From positions 32,001 to 96,000 of the forward strand of contig CAYFMJ010000002.1 of the NCBI GenBank assembly GCA_964344235.1: 64,000 nucleotides of DNA, in the 5' to 3' direction. Of the stretch, positions 55,126-64,000 are shown piece by piece (the stretch's first letter is position 1; every line of letters starts with the position of its first letter). The notes beneath the pieces are model-generated. The model was not told where the DNA came from. It saw only the letters and a program-made list of their open reading frames with translations, and searched no databases. This stretch comes from an uncultured Methanosarcinales archaeon. GTDB taxonomy: Archaea > Nanobdellota > Nanobdellia > Woesearchaeales > GW2011-AR9. Both the position numbers and the translations under genes were made by a program.

Positions 55126-56217
55126 TTATTTTTTTTTATTTAATTTTCGTCCTTTCCAGACAATCTTTTTGTTTAGTGAAATGTAAATGGAATAAATACC
55201 AATAACAATTGCAAACATACTGTGAATTGGAAGTAAAAGAACGTTGATGATAGCATTTTGTCCTGCAGTGATTGATGTAAGAATTCGTTGAATAATCCAT
55301 GGGATGAGCATAAAATAATATTGCATAGCGACAAGCGATGTGATTAATGGGAAGAAGAGAATTACAAGAAGTCCGACAAGCCCAAGCACATATGCAACAG
55401 GTTTCATGTGAGACCCTTCGTAAAATGAACGGGATAACCCTCTAAATGAATCGAGAAAGTTACCATACATCCTACAACGGACTAAACCAGTACTTCGAGC
55501 AGCGAGTAGTTTTGCCCCTATTTTTTTCACATTACGAGCCAGAGCAGTATCTTCTGTTTTGAATGATTTCACTCCTTCGTGGCCGTTGATTTTTTTGTAT
55601 GTTGGTTTGTCAATTAAAATAAATTGCCCAATAGCGATGCTAAGTTTCTTTGTTGTATACACTAAGTATAGAGGGATAAATGTTAAGACCATCCAATCCA
55701 TAACTGGAACAAGAAGAAGTTCTCCTCGTGATTGCATTTGTTGTTTTGGAAAACAACTTAACATGTTAACGTTCTTTTGTTGGAATAAAGCAACTGCTGA
55801 AGAAATAGTTTCTGGTTCTATTGTTACGTCGGCATCAATGAATAAGTATAGGTCTCCTTTTGCGTGCTTTGAAAGATTGTGGCAACCCCATGGTTTGCCT
55901 AACCAACCAGCAGGAAGAGGTTTGCCGTGAATGAGTGTTACCTTGTCTGATTTTTTTTCATACTCTTTTACAATTTGAGCAGTGTTGTCTTCCGAAAGGT
56001 CATCGTATATGAGAACTTCAAAGTGAGGGTAGCTTTGTTGTAGTGCTGATTCTATACAGTTTGCAATATTTCTTTCTTCGTTCCGTGCAGGGATGAGGAT
56101 AGAAACGAGAGGATATGCTTTTGGTTTTCTTTTTCGTAATCTTGGAGCTGTGAAGAAGTTGTATACACCAATAAGACTTAAACCACTGATGATGCTGACG
56201 ATGATAATATCGAACAT
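55126..56217 (-). CDS. Glycosyltransferase family 2 (membrane, CrtQ-like)
   Basis: VSILIPARNEE, YDDLSED, GWLGKPW, FIDAD, EDTALAR. Confidence 0.9.
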   Translation of the reverse strand: MFDIIIVSIISGLSLIGVYNFFTAPRLRKRKPKAYPLVSILIPARNEERNIANCIESALQQSYPHFEVLIYDDLSEDNTAQIVKEYEKKSDKVTLIHGKPLPAGWLGKPWGCHNLSKHAKGDLYLFIDADVTIEPETISSAVALFQQKNVNMLSCFPKQQMQSRGELLLVPVMDWMVLTFIPLYLVYTTKKLSIAIGQFILIDKPTYKKINGHEGVKSFKTEDTALARNVKKIGAKLLAARSTGLVRCRMYGNFLDSFRGLSRSFYEGSHMKPVAYVLGLVGLLVILFFPLITSLVAMQYYFMLIPWIIQRILTSITAGQNAIINVLLLPIHSMFAIVIGIYSIYISLNKKIVWKGRKLNKKK

Positions 56218-56255
56218 GTTATAGTGGTTTTGTAAGTAGTTAAATTACTTTTGGT

Positions 56256-56948
56256 TTATCCTAAAAAGTTACGAAAGAAGTCACCTATTTTTTGGAAGAA
56301 ACCTCGTTTCTCAGGTTCCTGAATTGGTTCGGGAGTTGGTTGTTGAATCGTTTTCCCAACTGGTGGCTGAGCTGGTTTTTCTTCAGGTTGAGGTGTGGGT
56401 TCTTCAACCACTTTTTCTCTACCAATGATAAACTCACCAATCTCTTGACTCGTTACCGTGTATGTAGCATGCGTACTGTCTCTTTTTGTGAGCGTTGTTT
56501 GCAAAGCTTTCCCATTGTTGAAAAGTGTGACATCAAACGGTGAGATACCTTTATCGTATAGTTCTGATTCTCTTATTTTTAATACTAATTCAACAGAATC
56601 AATAGCAGCTTCTTCTGGTGACTCAATTGTGAACATTGAATATACCTCTCCATCAAAATCCCACGAAACTTTGTCGATAGTTTCTGTAAGGACTTTGCCA
56701 TTCTTGATGGTATCTGCGAATGTAATGCGCGCAGTTTTGAGGCCTTCAACGTTGCGGATTTCAAAGTATAGCTCTTCTCCAGCTTCAAAGTAACCAATGG
56801 TTTGAACTGCTGCGTTTCCTGTTAAATTTGGAGTTTCATGCACATTCGAAATAATTGTGATTGTAGAAGCGATAAAAACAATAGCTAGTGCGAGCCAGAA
56901 TGTTTTATTTTGCACTTGTGACCGTGGTTGCGTCCTCTTTTTTGGCAT
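56256..56948 (-). CDS. Membrane-anchored protein with a PGF-pre-PGF-like domain
   Basis: N-terminal TM, VYSMFTI, VELVLKI, HATYTVTSQEIGEFIIG, Pro/Glu-rich tail. Confidence 0.65.
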   Translation of the reverse strand: MPKKRTQPRSQVQNKTFWLALAIVFIASTITIISNVHETPNLTGNAAVQTIGYFEAGEELYFEIRNVEGLKTARITFADTIKNGKVLTETIDKVSWDFDGEVYSMFTIESPEEAAIDSVELVLKIRESELYDKGISPFDVTLFNNGKALQTTLTKRDSTHATYTVTSQEIGEFIIGREKVVEEPTPQPEEKPAQPPVGKTIQQPTPEPIQEPEKRGFFQKIGDFFRNFLG

Positions 56949-56996
56949 GGTAGAAGTAAAGAGATTTAGTATATAAAGTTAACTTAAAGAGAAAGG

Positions 56997-57069
56997 TGGG
57001 TTCGGTGGGACTTGAACCCACGACTTCCAGATCTTCAGTCTGGCGCTCTCCCAACTGAGCTACGAACCC
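56997..57069 (-). tRNA. tRNA-Phe(GAA), no intron
   Basis: GGGTTCG TA GCTC AGTTGGGA GAGC G CCAGA CTGAAGA TCTGG AAGTC GTGGG TTCAAGT CCCAC CGAACCC A. Confidence 0.97.
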
Positions 57070-57115
57070 GTATCTGCTTGTTTTCTATGGTTATTTATAA
57101 GGATTTCGAGTGTGC

Positions 57116-59305
57116 CTACAGTGTCCCAGCTAAAATACTATTTGCGAAGAAGTTGAACAATAGCATGACAACACCAGCGATAATACAGTATAATAAAGTA
57201 CTACTAATAAGATTCTTCCCTAGAGCGTAGCGTTCTCCTAATTTATCAGCACCATTTTCGATACCATTACTGAGAACTGTGAGAATGAACACGATTTGGA
57301 CAATGTAAATACCAACAACAACTTGGAAGTGGAAGGTTGGAATGCCAATACCGAAAATGTCTAACATTCCAGAGAAACCACCTGCGGCTTCCGCATTTGA
57401 TGAAAATTCTCCCAATCTAGCGGTAAGTTTCGTTAAAATAGTTGAGATCATCGACGTAATTCCGATAACAATACCTGCGATTGCTGGTGTTAAGAATTTA
57501 ATCTGTGATTTCATGGAACTAATGACGTCTGCCATCAGATCTCTAAGACGTTCTTCAACTCGGTGAATTTCTTTGATGTAACGGGACATGGAGAGAAGTG
57601 CTTGAGCAGCAATTCTTGGCCCTTTATGGATACTTTCAATAAGAACTTTCATTGATGATTCAATAACTTTTGAGGGGAATGATGCAATTGCTCCCACTTT
57701 CGGATCGAAAATAGCTTGCTCTAACCCCATACCAAGTTTAGTGATGTTCTTTTCTGTCAGATTGAAGAATTCTCCTGAGGTCGTTCCTTGCATTGTTTGG
57801 GCAACCCTAGCAAAGGCAATCTCTGCCGGTAAACCGTCGCCTAGTCTATTTCCTAATTGGAAGATGGCGGATGAGAACTCATCTTCCAACTCTTGCGTGC
57901 GTTTACGGATTTTAATAACGTTTTTAGAACGGAGAGCGTAGTAGACCCCTATCGAGAGACCTAAACCGAGAATGACAACGAGTGAGAGAAGGGAAGCACC
58001 TAAACCGTATGGTCCTATTTTTTCACTTCCCTCACAATTTAACCCGACATCTGGTGGACAAACATAATCAAGCATCTTAAGGTTTCCTCCGCTATCCAGC
58101 GAGAAATCTTCTGTTCCTAATGAATGCAGGATGATGGGGCTGAAACCAATGAGCATGGCAACAATAAAAATCATAACGCTGAAGTATAACGGGTTAATGC
58201 CAATAGAGAGTTTTTTTCCGAGAGGGATATTAACGTTTCTGAATTTCTTGACACCCGGCTGCTCCCCTATATCTGCACTCCCGTAACCAACGGGGCGTTT
58301 GGAGAGGATAAGTTTTCCTAAATAAAATACTCCAATTGGTAAACTGAGGTTATACAGGACAGCAATGTAGATCGCCATCACAAACGGACTATTTTCACTG
58401 CCAAGAAAGCTTACTACTAATGGAAGGACAACTAATCCCAGAATTGGAAGAATAATACCAAGCATGTGAAGCATAGTCATTGGTGATTTTAAGTTGTGAG
58501 CATAATGTAACATATTTTCATACGTTCCTGTCAGAATGACGTCAAGTGATTTGTCGAGGAGTGCTAATCTTCTTTCTTCGGAGCCTTCAAACAGTGATGA
58601 TTCTATCAAATGGAATGCTTCGACAAATTCTTTGTCATATTCTTTCCATTGTTCTAAATAGGCGTTCGCAGCATCGCGAATGGAGCTGTACCGTTGCGTT
58701 TCAACATCCCATAAAATTTTTCGGAAATCTAATGATAATGGAGGGGAGAGGTGGTCGGCCGCGAATTCAATTGCTCTCTCTAAGTTGGAAGTGTGACGCA
58801 TGAATGTGACCATATAGAAAATACTCTGGACCATTTGATTGGAAGATTTCATTCGCCAGGAATTTGCCATGAAGTTGGGGGTGTTTTGCAATGCGGGGAT
58901 CATTAACAGGCCACCAATTAACGCGATGATTACGAGGAAAAGCATTGGTTGTAAACCAAGGATGAGTGGGAGAAGGAAAAGGAAGAGTGAACCAAAGACA
59001 ATGATGATGAGTGCAGCGAGGATTGCGAAGGAAGTTACACCGTTAGGAGTTATGTTGAGATGGCAGGTTTGAATACTTTTTTGTAATTTTATTGCTTTCT
59101 TTTTGTCTGCTTTGATTTTGAGAAGTCTTTCCGAGGCGTTACAGGCTTTTTCATATAATGTGTATCTCGTAGGGTAGAGTTCACGCTTAAATTCAGAATA
59201 TTCACGTGATGTTACTTTTACTTGTTGTTTTGCTGGTTCACCGAACTCTTTACGCACACGTTCTTTGTATTTCTGTACTAAATCTTGATACTCATCCTGT
59301 TCCAT
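57116..59305 (-). CDS. Type IV pilus / T2SS F-family membrane platform protein (fused TadB-TadC/ArlJ-like)
   Basis: Two cytoplasmic T2SSF-like domains (NLERAIEFAA; GNRLGDGLPAEIAF) separated by TM bundles; near the ATPase gene. Confidence 0.82.
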   Translation of the reverse strand: MEQDEYQDLVQKYKERVRKEFGEPAKQQVKVTSREYSEFKRELYPTRYTLYEKACNASERLLKIKADKKKAIKLQKSIQTCHLNITPNGVTSFAILAALIIIVFGSLFLFLLPLILGLQPMLFLVIIALIGGLLMIPALQNTPNFMANSWRMKSSNQMVQSIFYMVTFMRHTSNLERAIEFAADHLSPPLSLDFRKILWDVETQRYSSIRDAANAYLEQWKEYDKEFVEAFHLIESSLFEGSEERRLALLDKSLDVILTGTYENMLHYAHNLKSPMTMLHMLGIILPILGLVVLPLVVSFLGSENSPFVMAIYIAVLYNLSLPIGVFYLGKLILSKRPVGYGSADIGEQPGVKKFRNVNIPLGKKLSIGINPLYFSVMIFIVAMLIGFSPIILHSLGTEDFSLDSGGNLKMLDYVCPPDVGLNCEGSEKIGPYGLGASLLSLVVILGLGLSIGVYYALRSKNVIKIRKRTQELEDEFSSAIFQLGNRLGDGLPAEIAFARVAQTMQGTTSGEFFNLTEKNITKLGMGLEQAIFDPKVGAIASFPSKVIESSMKVLIESIHKGPRIAAQALLSMSRYIKEIHRVEERLRDLMADVISSMKSQIKFLTPAIAGIVIGITSMISTILTKLTARLGEFSSNAEAAGGFSGMLDIFGIGIPTFHFQVVVGIYIVQIVFILTVLSNGIENGADKLGERYALGKNLISSTLLYCIIAGVVMLLFNFFANSILAGTL

Positions 59306-59407
59306 GGAAAATCTATCGCCTCTTCCTCTGAATAAAGCGAGAATTGTTTAAAAATGTAGCGATGGGGAATAGAAATGGTTATAAGGAAGTTTGGTGGTAT
59401 TTGAAGT

Positions 59408-59869
59408 ATGGAGGAAAGATTTTATGCTTGTGCTATTCGTTACTTAGCCTCTGGGAGTGATGAGTGTTTTTATGACTGGGCTCTCGATCATTTTTCTCAA
59501 GATGATGAATTGCTTGAAGAGATGCGGAAGGAAGGCTTCGTATTGAATTTAGAACCGGTTACTAGTTCTGGTATTAGTGGCCTTTCTGACCGAGGGAGTG
59601 TTATTGTGTGCCCTGAAACGGATACTGGCTACATGGAGTCTTGGGGTGACTTTGATTATACTGTCTTTGGGCTAGAGAGGTCTACGGCTGATGGTTCAGG
59701 TGTTTCTACAGAAAGATGGATTAACATAGGGTATTCACTCCAGGGAAGCGCTCTAAGGGTTACTACACGATCTCCAGTAAATAATGTTGTTGGTCATCCT
59801 CTTTCTACTCTTAATGGTAAGGTGTCAAGGGGTTTGGTCTATTTAATTGAGGTTGCGTTTGTTGAATGA
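59408..59869 (+). CDS. Hypothetical protein (orphan)
   Basis: 153-aa ORF with GGTTATAAGG box about 23 nt upstream. Confidence 0.65.
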   Translation: MEERFYACAIRYLASGSDECFYDWALDHFSQDDELLEEMRKEGFVLNLEPVTSSGISGLSDRGSVIVCPETDTGYMESWGDFDYTVFGLERSTADGSGVSTERWINIGYSLQGSALRVTTRSPVNNVVGHPLSTLNGKVSRGLVYLIEVAFVE

Positions 59870-59909
59870 CGGCTAAACTTTTATAAAAAACCTATATTCT
59901 GGAGTATAA

Positions 59910-59967
59910 CAAAAGTGAATTACTCACTTTTGGAATATCCCGAAAATGCCATAGAGGGGCATTTTCG
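59910..59967. promoter_or_regulatory. Two perfect inverted repeats upstream of the cysteine desulfurase gene
   Basis: CAAAAGTGA-N5-TCACTTTTG (59910-59932) and CGAAAATGCC-N7-GGCATTTTCG (59941-59967), downstream of TTTTATAAAA. Confidence 0.7.
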
Positions 59968-59975
59968 TTATATCT

Positions 59976-61085
59976 ATGTATTTCGATCATGCAGCAGCAA
60001 CGCCAGTACGACAGGAAGTGTTAGATACTATGCTGCCATTTTTCTCTGAGAAGTTTGCGAATCCAAGTGCGATTCATGATGCTGGAAGAGAAGTTAAAGA
60101 AGCGATTGATGCTGCTTGTGCTTCTGTTTCTAGGATGTTGGGTTGTGATACTGTTATTTTCACGTCGTCTGGTACGGAGAGTATTAATTTAGCATTACGT
60201 AGTGTGTTGAATGAAGGAGATCACGTCATTACAACGAAGATTGAACATAAAGCAATATTAGAAACGTGTAGGAGTTTGGATGGCGTGAGGGTTACGTATG
60301 TAGATGTTGACAGTGAAGGGTTAGTTGATTTGAATGCTATTGAAAATGCTATTACTGAGAAAACAAAGTTAATTTCTATACATTATGTAAATAACGAGAT
60401 TGGAACGATTCAAGATATTGTGGAAATTGGGAGAATTGCTAAAGAGAAAGGAGTCTTGTTCCATGTCGATGCGTGTCAAGCAGGGTTTTTGGAATTAGAT
60501 ATGAAGAAGTTAGGTGTTGATTTGATGACGGTAAATGGTTCCAAGATTTATGGGCCAAAAGGAGTTGGTGCATTGGCTGTTCGGGGAGATGTTTCTTTGA
60601 AACCGTTATTATATGGCGGTGGGCAGGAAGATGGTTTGCGAGCTGGGACGGAGAATGTTCCTGGAATAATCGGTTTTGCAAAGGCGTTAGCGTTAGCACA
60701 GCAAGAGAAGGATACATATAATGCTCATGTAAAAAAGTTGCGGGATTTGTTTGTTGATTTGGTTCTGGAGAATGTTAAAGATGTAGTGGTGAATGGTTCA
60801 ATTGAGAAACGAGTGGTGAATAATGCAAATCTACAATTTGTTGGGGTTGAAGGAGAAACATTGTTGTTATATTTGAATCAACATGCGATTTACGCGTCTT
60901 CAGGAAGTGCATGTACCGCAAATGAAATTGGTGTAAGCCATGTATTGTTGAGAATCGGTTTAACTGAAGAAGAAGCGAGAAGTTCTTTGCGATTTACGCT
61001 TGGAAGAGGGAATACTGAGAAAGACGTTCATGAAGTTGTTCGAGTTCTGGGGGAAGTAGTTGCAAGTCTGAGAAGTGTGGTGTAA
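59976..61085 (+). CDS. iscS: Cysteine desulfurase, group I (IscS/NifS)
   Basis: YFDHAAATP, SGTESIN, NNEIG, HVDACQA, SKIYGPKG, SSGSACT. Confidence 0.95.
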   Translation: MYFDHAAATPVRQEVLDTMLPFFSEKFANPSAIHDAGREVKEAIDAACASVSRMLGCDTVIFTSSGTESINLALRSVLNEGDHVITTKIEHKAILETCRSLDGVRVTYVDVDSEGLVDLNAIENAITEKTKLISIHYVNNEIGTIQDIVEIGRIAKEKGVLFHVDACQAGFLELDMKKLGVDLMTVNGSKIYGPKGVGALAVRGDVSLKPLLYGGGQEDGLRAGTENVPGIIGFAKALALAQQEKDTYNAHVKKLRDLFVDLVLENVKDVVVNGSIEKRVVNNANLQFVGVEGETLLLYLNQHAIYASSGSACTANEIGVSHVLLRIGLTEEEARSSLRFTLGRGNTEKDVHEVVRVLGEVVASLRSVV

Positions 61086-61431
61086 AGTTTTCCTCTAAAT
61101 ATGCATGGTAAGCAGCTTCAAATTTTCGGATGCCATTGAGCACAGTCGAATGATCTCTATGGGCAAGTCTGCCAATATCAGAGAGGGATAAGCGCGTGTT
61201 TTTTCTTAAGACGAACCAGGTGCCGTGGCGTGCTGCAATGATGGGGTTTGATTTTCTTACACCAAGAACATCCCCTATTTGAACGTATGCTGCGCTTGCA
61301 AGGTTCATTGTGATTAAATCAGGATCTTGAACTTCAGTTTCTAAGAGTAAAGTCGTTATATCATAAACTCTTTCTAGATAATCAGGTTGAATTTCTCTTA
61401 TCTGCCATGATGGTGTTGTGTCTTGTTTCAT
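60994..61431 (-). CDS. Protein with bacterial DnaA C-terminal (domain IV) HTH-like domain
   Basis: RKSNPIIAARHGTWFVLRKNTRLSLSDIGRLAHRDHSTVLNGIRK resembles DnaA RQ..MYL.R..T..SL..IG..FGGRDHTTVLH..RK. Confidence 0.75.
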   Translation of the reverse strand: MKQDTTPSWQIREIQPDYLERVYDITTLLLETEVQDPDLITMNLASAAYVQIGDVLGVRKSNPIIAARHGTWFVLRKNTRLSLSDIGRLAHRDHSTVLNGIRKFEAAYHAYLEENFTPHFSDLQLLPPELEQLHERLSQYSLFQA

Positions 61432-61472
61432 TAAAGTTCATTTTACTAATTTCTTTAAAAAATTTACAGAAA

Positions 61473-62423
61473 TTAATTGAGTTCTACGAAAGATGACAAA
61501 CCAGCACTATCAGTTAAACCGTCGATACTACCACCTATGAAACGACCTTCTTCTGTACTTGTGTCACATTCTAACGGGTTGGCGTCACGTTCCTCACGTG
61601 AGATCTTGATTTTATCTAGATCTAAACCCCGATCAGTGTATTCCCGTAGAACACCTTCTGACATCAAATCGAATGCAGAATAAATTTCAAAACCGTTGAC
61701 TTGTACGGCTATTTCTGCATGTGTATCTTCATGACCTACTGTTCCTAAGAGTTCACCCTCTTGAACAACACTTCCTTCTCCCAAACCGTCAGCTAATTTT
61801 ATATGGAAGAAGCCAAAATAAATGTTCTTTTGTTCAGATGGGAAGAAACGAAACTGCGCTTCTTCGCCGTACTCATGTGTTGTTGTAAGAATATTCTTTA
61901 TGGTTCCAGTTGTTGGAGCATAGTATTTACGATCCATCCAAGAGGGATTGTGGGGTTTCCCTGGCTCCCCCTGGGCCCAGAAATAATGTTTCATGCTTCT
62001 ACATTCTTCATCTGTTCCGAAAGAGTAGTCATGTCCATAACCTCCACGAAATCGTGAGACTCTTTGGATACCACCAAGTTCAATGAAGTTTGTTGTAATT
62101 ATTTTAGGAAGATCTTCTGCTGATTCGTATTTCTCAGAATTCATCATTTGTTTCATCATTTCAATCATCATTGCGTTGCCAAGTTCTTTATCTTGCTTAA
62201 TCATATCACCTGGTTGCATGTTTTCCATCATCTGTTCCATGTCCGTTTCTTCTGGATTTGGTATTGTTACTTCTTCAGATTCTGTATCAGGTTGTGCTGA
62301 TGTTTCCTCCGTAGGAGTTTCTTCTATTGGTTCTGTTGTAGTCTCTTCTACAATCGGTTCTGGTGTACAGGCAATAAGAAATGTTAATGCTATAAGCAAA
62401 CACAACAAAATCACTCTTTTCAT
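61473..62423 (-). CDS. Lipoprotein with acidic/Met-rich linker and degenerate M23-like domain
   Basis: FLIAC lipobox-like motif, YYAPTTGTI, GSVVQEGELLGTVG. Confidence 0.6.
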   Translation of the reverse strand: MKRVILLCLLIALTFLIACTPEPIVEETTTEPIEETPTEETSAQPDTESEEVTIPNPEETDMEQMMENMQPGDMIKQDKELGNAMMIEMMKQMMNSEKYESAEDLPKIITTNFIELGGIQRVSRFRGGYGHDYSFGTDEECRSMKHYFWAQGEPGKPHNPSWMDRKYYAPTTGTIKNILTTTHEYGEEAQFRFFPSEQKNIYFGFFHIKLADGLGEGSVVQEGELLGTVGHEDTHAEIAVQVNGFEIYSAFDLMSEGVLREYTDRGLDLDKIKISREERDANPLECDTSTEEGRFIGGSIDGLTDSAGLSSFVELN

Positions 62424-62476
62424 ACTTAAGGAAAACTAGTAGTGGTATTTAAAATTTTTTACGGTATGGTGTTGGT

Positions 62477-64000
62477 TTATTGCATTTGTCGGCGTTTAAT
62501 TTCTTTCTGTAACCAATCGTTGTATTCAAAGAAAATTTCTTCGTTGTCAAAACTTCCTGTTCGCTCTTTGACTTTGTCAGAGATTAAATGAAACATGTCG
62601 TTTGCTTTAATCACGAACTCTGCTTCTAGTAAAGAAGGGTCTTGTTGTTGTAGTGAAACATCAACAATCGCTTTTTTACACTTCGCACGCAGTTCAATAT
62701 TTCGCCACACGGCATCCCAGTCACCCGCAAATTCTTTGATTTTTCCTGCCATTCTTTTGAGGATGTCAGAATTACCGTTAATTAATTCGTCAGTCACTTC
62801 TAATTGGTCGGTTTTTGGATTGTAGACCATTAAATCAACAAATGCTCCTTCTTGTAGTGGGTCGTTTTCCCACTCTTTTCGCACTTCTGTAACACGTAGA
62901 ACCCGTTTGAATTTTTTTAGGCCAGAAATAACGGGATTAGTGGTAACGATAATGTCAATTGCTTTGAAACTGGTTTTTGGTACGCCGATATCATTCACGA
63001 CACGGTCATATACCCCATACGGAGAATCGGCGTGAATCGTTCCCGCTACGACGTTAGCAGCGGCACCTACACGCATTGCTTCGAAGAGAGCAATTGCTTC
63101 CTTACTTCGAACTTCACCGACAAAGATAGCGGAATCTCCTAAACGCAATGTGGAACGGATACCAATGGAAGGATCAACTTCTGAACCTTCAGAAGAAAGT
63201 GCGGAAGCAACTTTGAGTGATTCAATATTATAGCCTAGTTCTCGGAGGGATTCTTGTGGGAGTTCAAACGTATCCTCTATCGTTACAATTCTCGACCTTC
63301 GGGTGATTTCTACAAGGAAGCTTCCTAACAGGGAGGATTTCCCACTTGATCGTGTTCCGGCAACAAGAATTGTTGCGTTGTTGTTGATTAAGAAACTAAT
63401 TAAACCGGCAGCAATATCGTTGATGTATCGAATTTTAGGTTGTGTGTATAGTGGAAACGTCCAGGGGAAGTCTCGGTGACGCCTGAATGAGAACGCTAAA
63501 CCAGATGGGTTAAGGGGGGCAGAGATGGCAGACACTCTTGAGGTGAACCCTTCAACTTTTAGTTCTGTGTCGAGGATTGGATTTGCTTCATCTAATGGTC
63601 TGCCAGAAATTAGTCTCAGTTTCGTTGCCCAACTTTCTACTTCTAATCGTGTTGGGTAGACGTTGGTGTAACAGTCACCGTAATCTTGGTGGACGATGAA
63701 GATTGGTAGTTCTCCATTGGGAGAGTTAATGTTAACGTCCTGTACTTTTGGATCTGCTAACAGGAGTTCAATCAAACCGAAGCCAACGGTGTAGCGGAGC
63801 AGTGCTTGTGCTAACTGATTAACTTGCTGTTCAGAAAGTTGGAGGTTTTTGTGTTGTAATAAATCGTTGAGAAGATCTCTCCCTATGTTAAGGAAGACTT
63901 CTCGCATTCTTTCGGGGTTCACAAATTCTTCCTGTGTTGGTTTGTGTTCAGACATAATCCTTTTTGCATCGTCAAGTAACTGGTATTCTTCCTCTGTGAA
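62477..64000 (-). CDS. Type IV pilus/secretion ATPase (TadA/VirB11/ArlI-like), 5' end outside window
   Basis: Walker A GTRSSGKS, TIEDTFEL, GEVRSKEA, GTIHADS; frame stays open to the window edge. Confidence 0.92.
   Translation of the reverse strand, partial: FTEEEYQLLDDAKRIMSEHKPTQEEFVNPERMREVFLNIGRDLLNDLLQHKNLQLSEQQVNQLAQALLRYTVGFGLIELLLADPKVQDVNINSPNGELPIFIVHQDYGDCYTNVYPTRLEVESWATKLRLISGRPLDEANPILDTELKVEGFTSRVSAISAPLNPSGLAFSFRRHRDFPWTFPLYTQPKIRYINDIAAGLISFLINNNATILVAGTRSSGKSSLLGSFLVEITRRSRIVTIEDTFELPQESLRELGYNIESLKVASALSSEGSEVDPSIGIRSTLRLGDSAIFVGEVRSKEAIALFEAMRVGAAANVVAGTIHADSPYGVYDRVVNDIGVPKTSFKAIDIIVTTNPVISGLKKFKRVLRVTEVRKEWENDPLQEGAFVDLMVYNPKTDQLEVTDELINGNSDILKRMAGKIKEFAGDWDAVWRNIELRAKCKKAIVDVSLQQQDPSLLEAEFVIKANDMFHLISDKVKERTGSFDNEEIFFEYNDWLQKEIKRRQMQ

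Noticed and set aside
32560-57069. attL/attR duplications of the 3' ends of tRNA-Ser, tRNA-Ile or tRNA-Phe marking integrated elements
   Set aside because: I saw no second copy of any tRNA 3' end and no integrase in the window. A k-mer self-search would confirm this.
1-64000. CRISPR array or cas operon
   Set aside because: I found no regularly spaced 24-48-bp repeats and no cas1/cas2. The Cas4-like gene is solo cargo inside a transposon.
1-64000. Numerous short antisense and overlapping ORFs in the six-frame track (e.g. 399-638, 938-1375, 8680-9078, 42120-42560, 46326-46688)
   Set aside because: They lie inside well-supported genes, have no promoter or SD and no recognisable motifs, and are treated as shadows.

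Overview
AT-rich archaeal chromosomal window, most consistent with a DPANN archaeon (Woesearchaeota-like). This assignment is an inference from gene content, TATA-box leaderless promoters, BHB tRNA introns and many orphan and surface genes. Housekeeping blocks: exosome rrp4-rrp41-rrp42-rpoK; pth2-rpl44e-rps27e-aIF2a-nop10; rps15; XPD; serS; orc1/cdc6; uppS-mutL-psmB-aCPSF1; and a type IV pilus-like ATPase plus membrane platform gene. The standout feature is a complete 5,843-bp cargo-carrying transposon at 14344-20186. It has a single IS5-family (IS903-like) transposase, 13-bp perfect terminal inverted repeats (GGCTTTGCACAAA), subterminal TGCACAA repeats and a 9-bp target duplication (TATAATTCC). 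Its cargo is a BcgI-like Type IIB restriction-modification pair, a Cas4-like PD-(D/E)XK nuclease, an AbrB+wHTH regulator pair with three in-phase palindromic operator candidates, and an orphan membrane protein. Other notable items: a three-intron tRNA-Ile(GAT) with 6- and 7-nt micro-exons, a two-intron tRNA-Ser(TGA), a stand-alone structured ncRNA candidate, a possible -1 frameshift gene, structured leaders for rps15 and iscS, a Hel308 lacking its first RecA domain, two surface proteins sharing a 391-bp identical block, and a bacterial DnaA domain-IV-like protein. All calls come from reading the sequence by eye; no searches were run.
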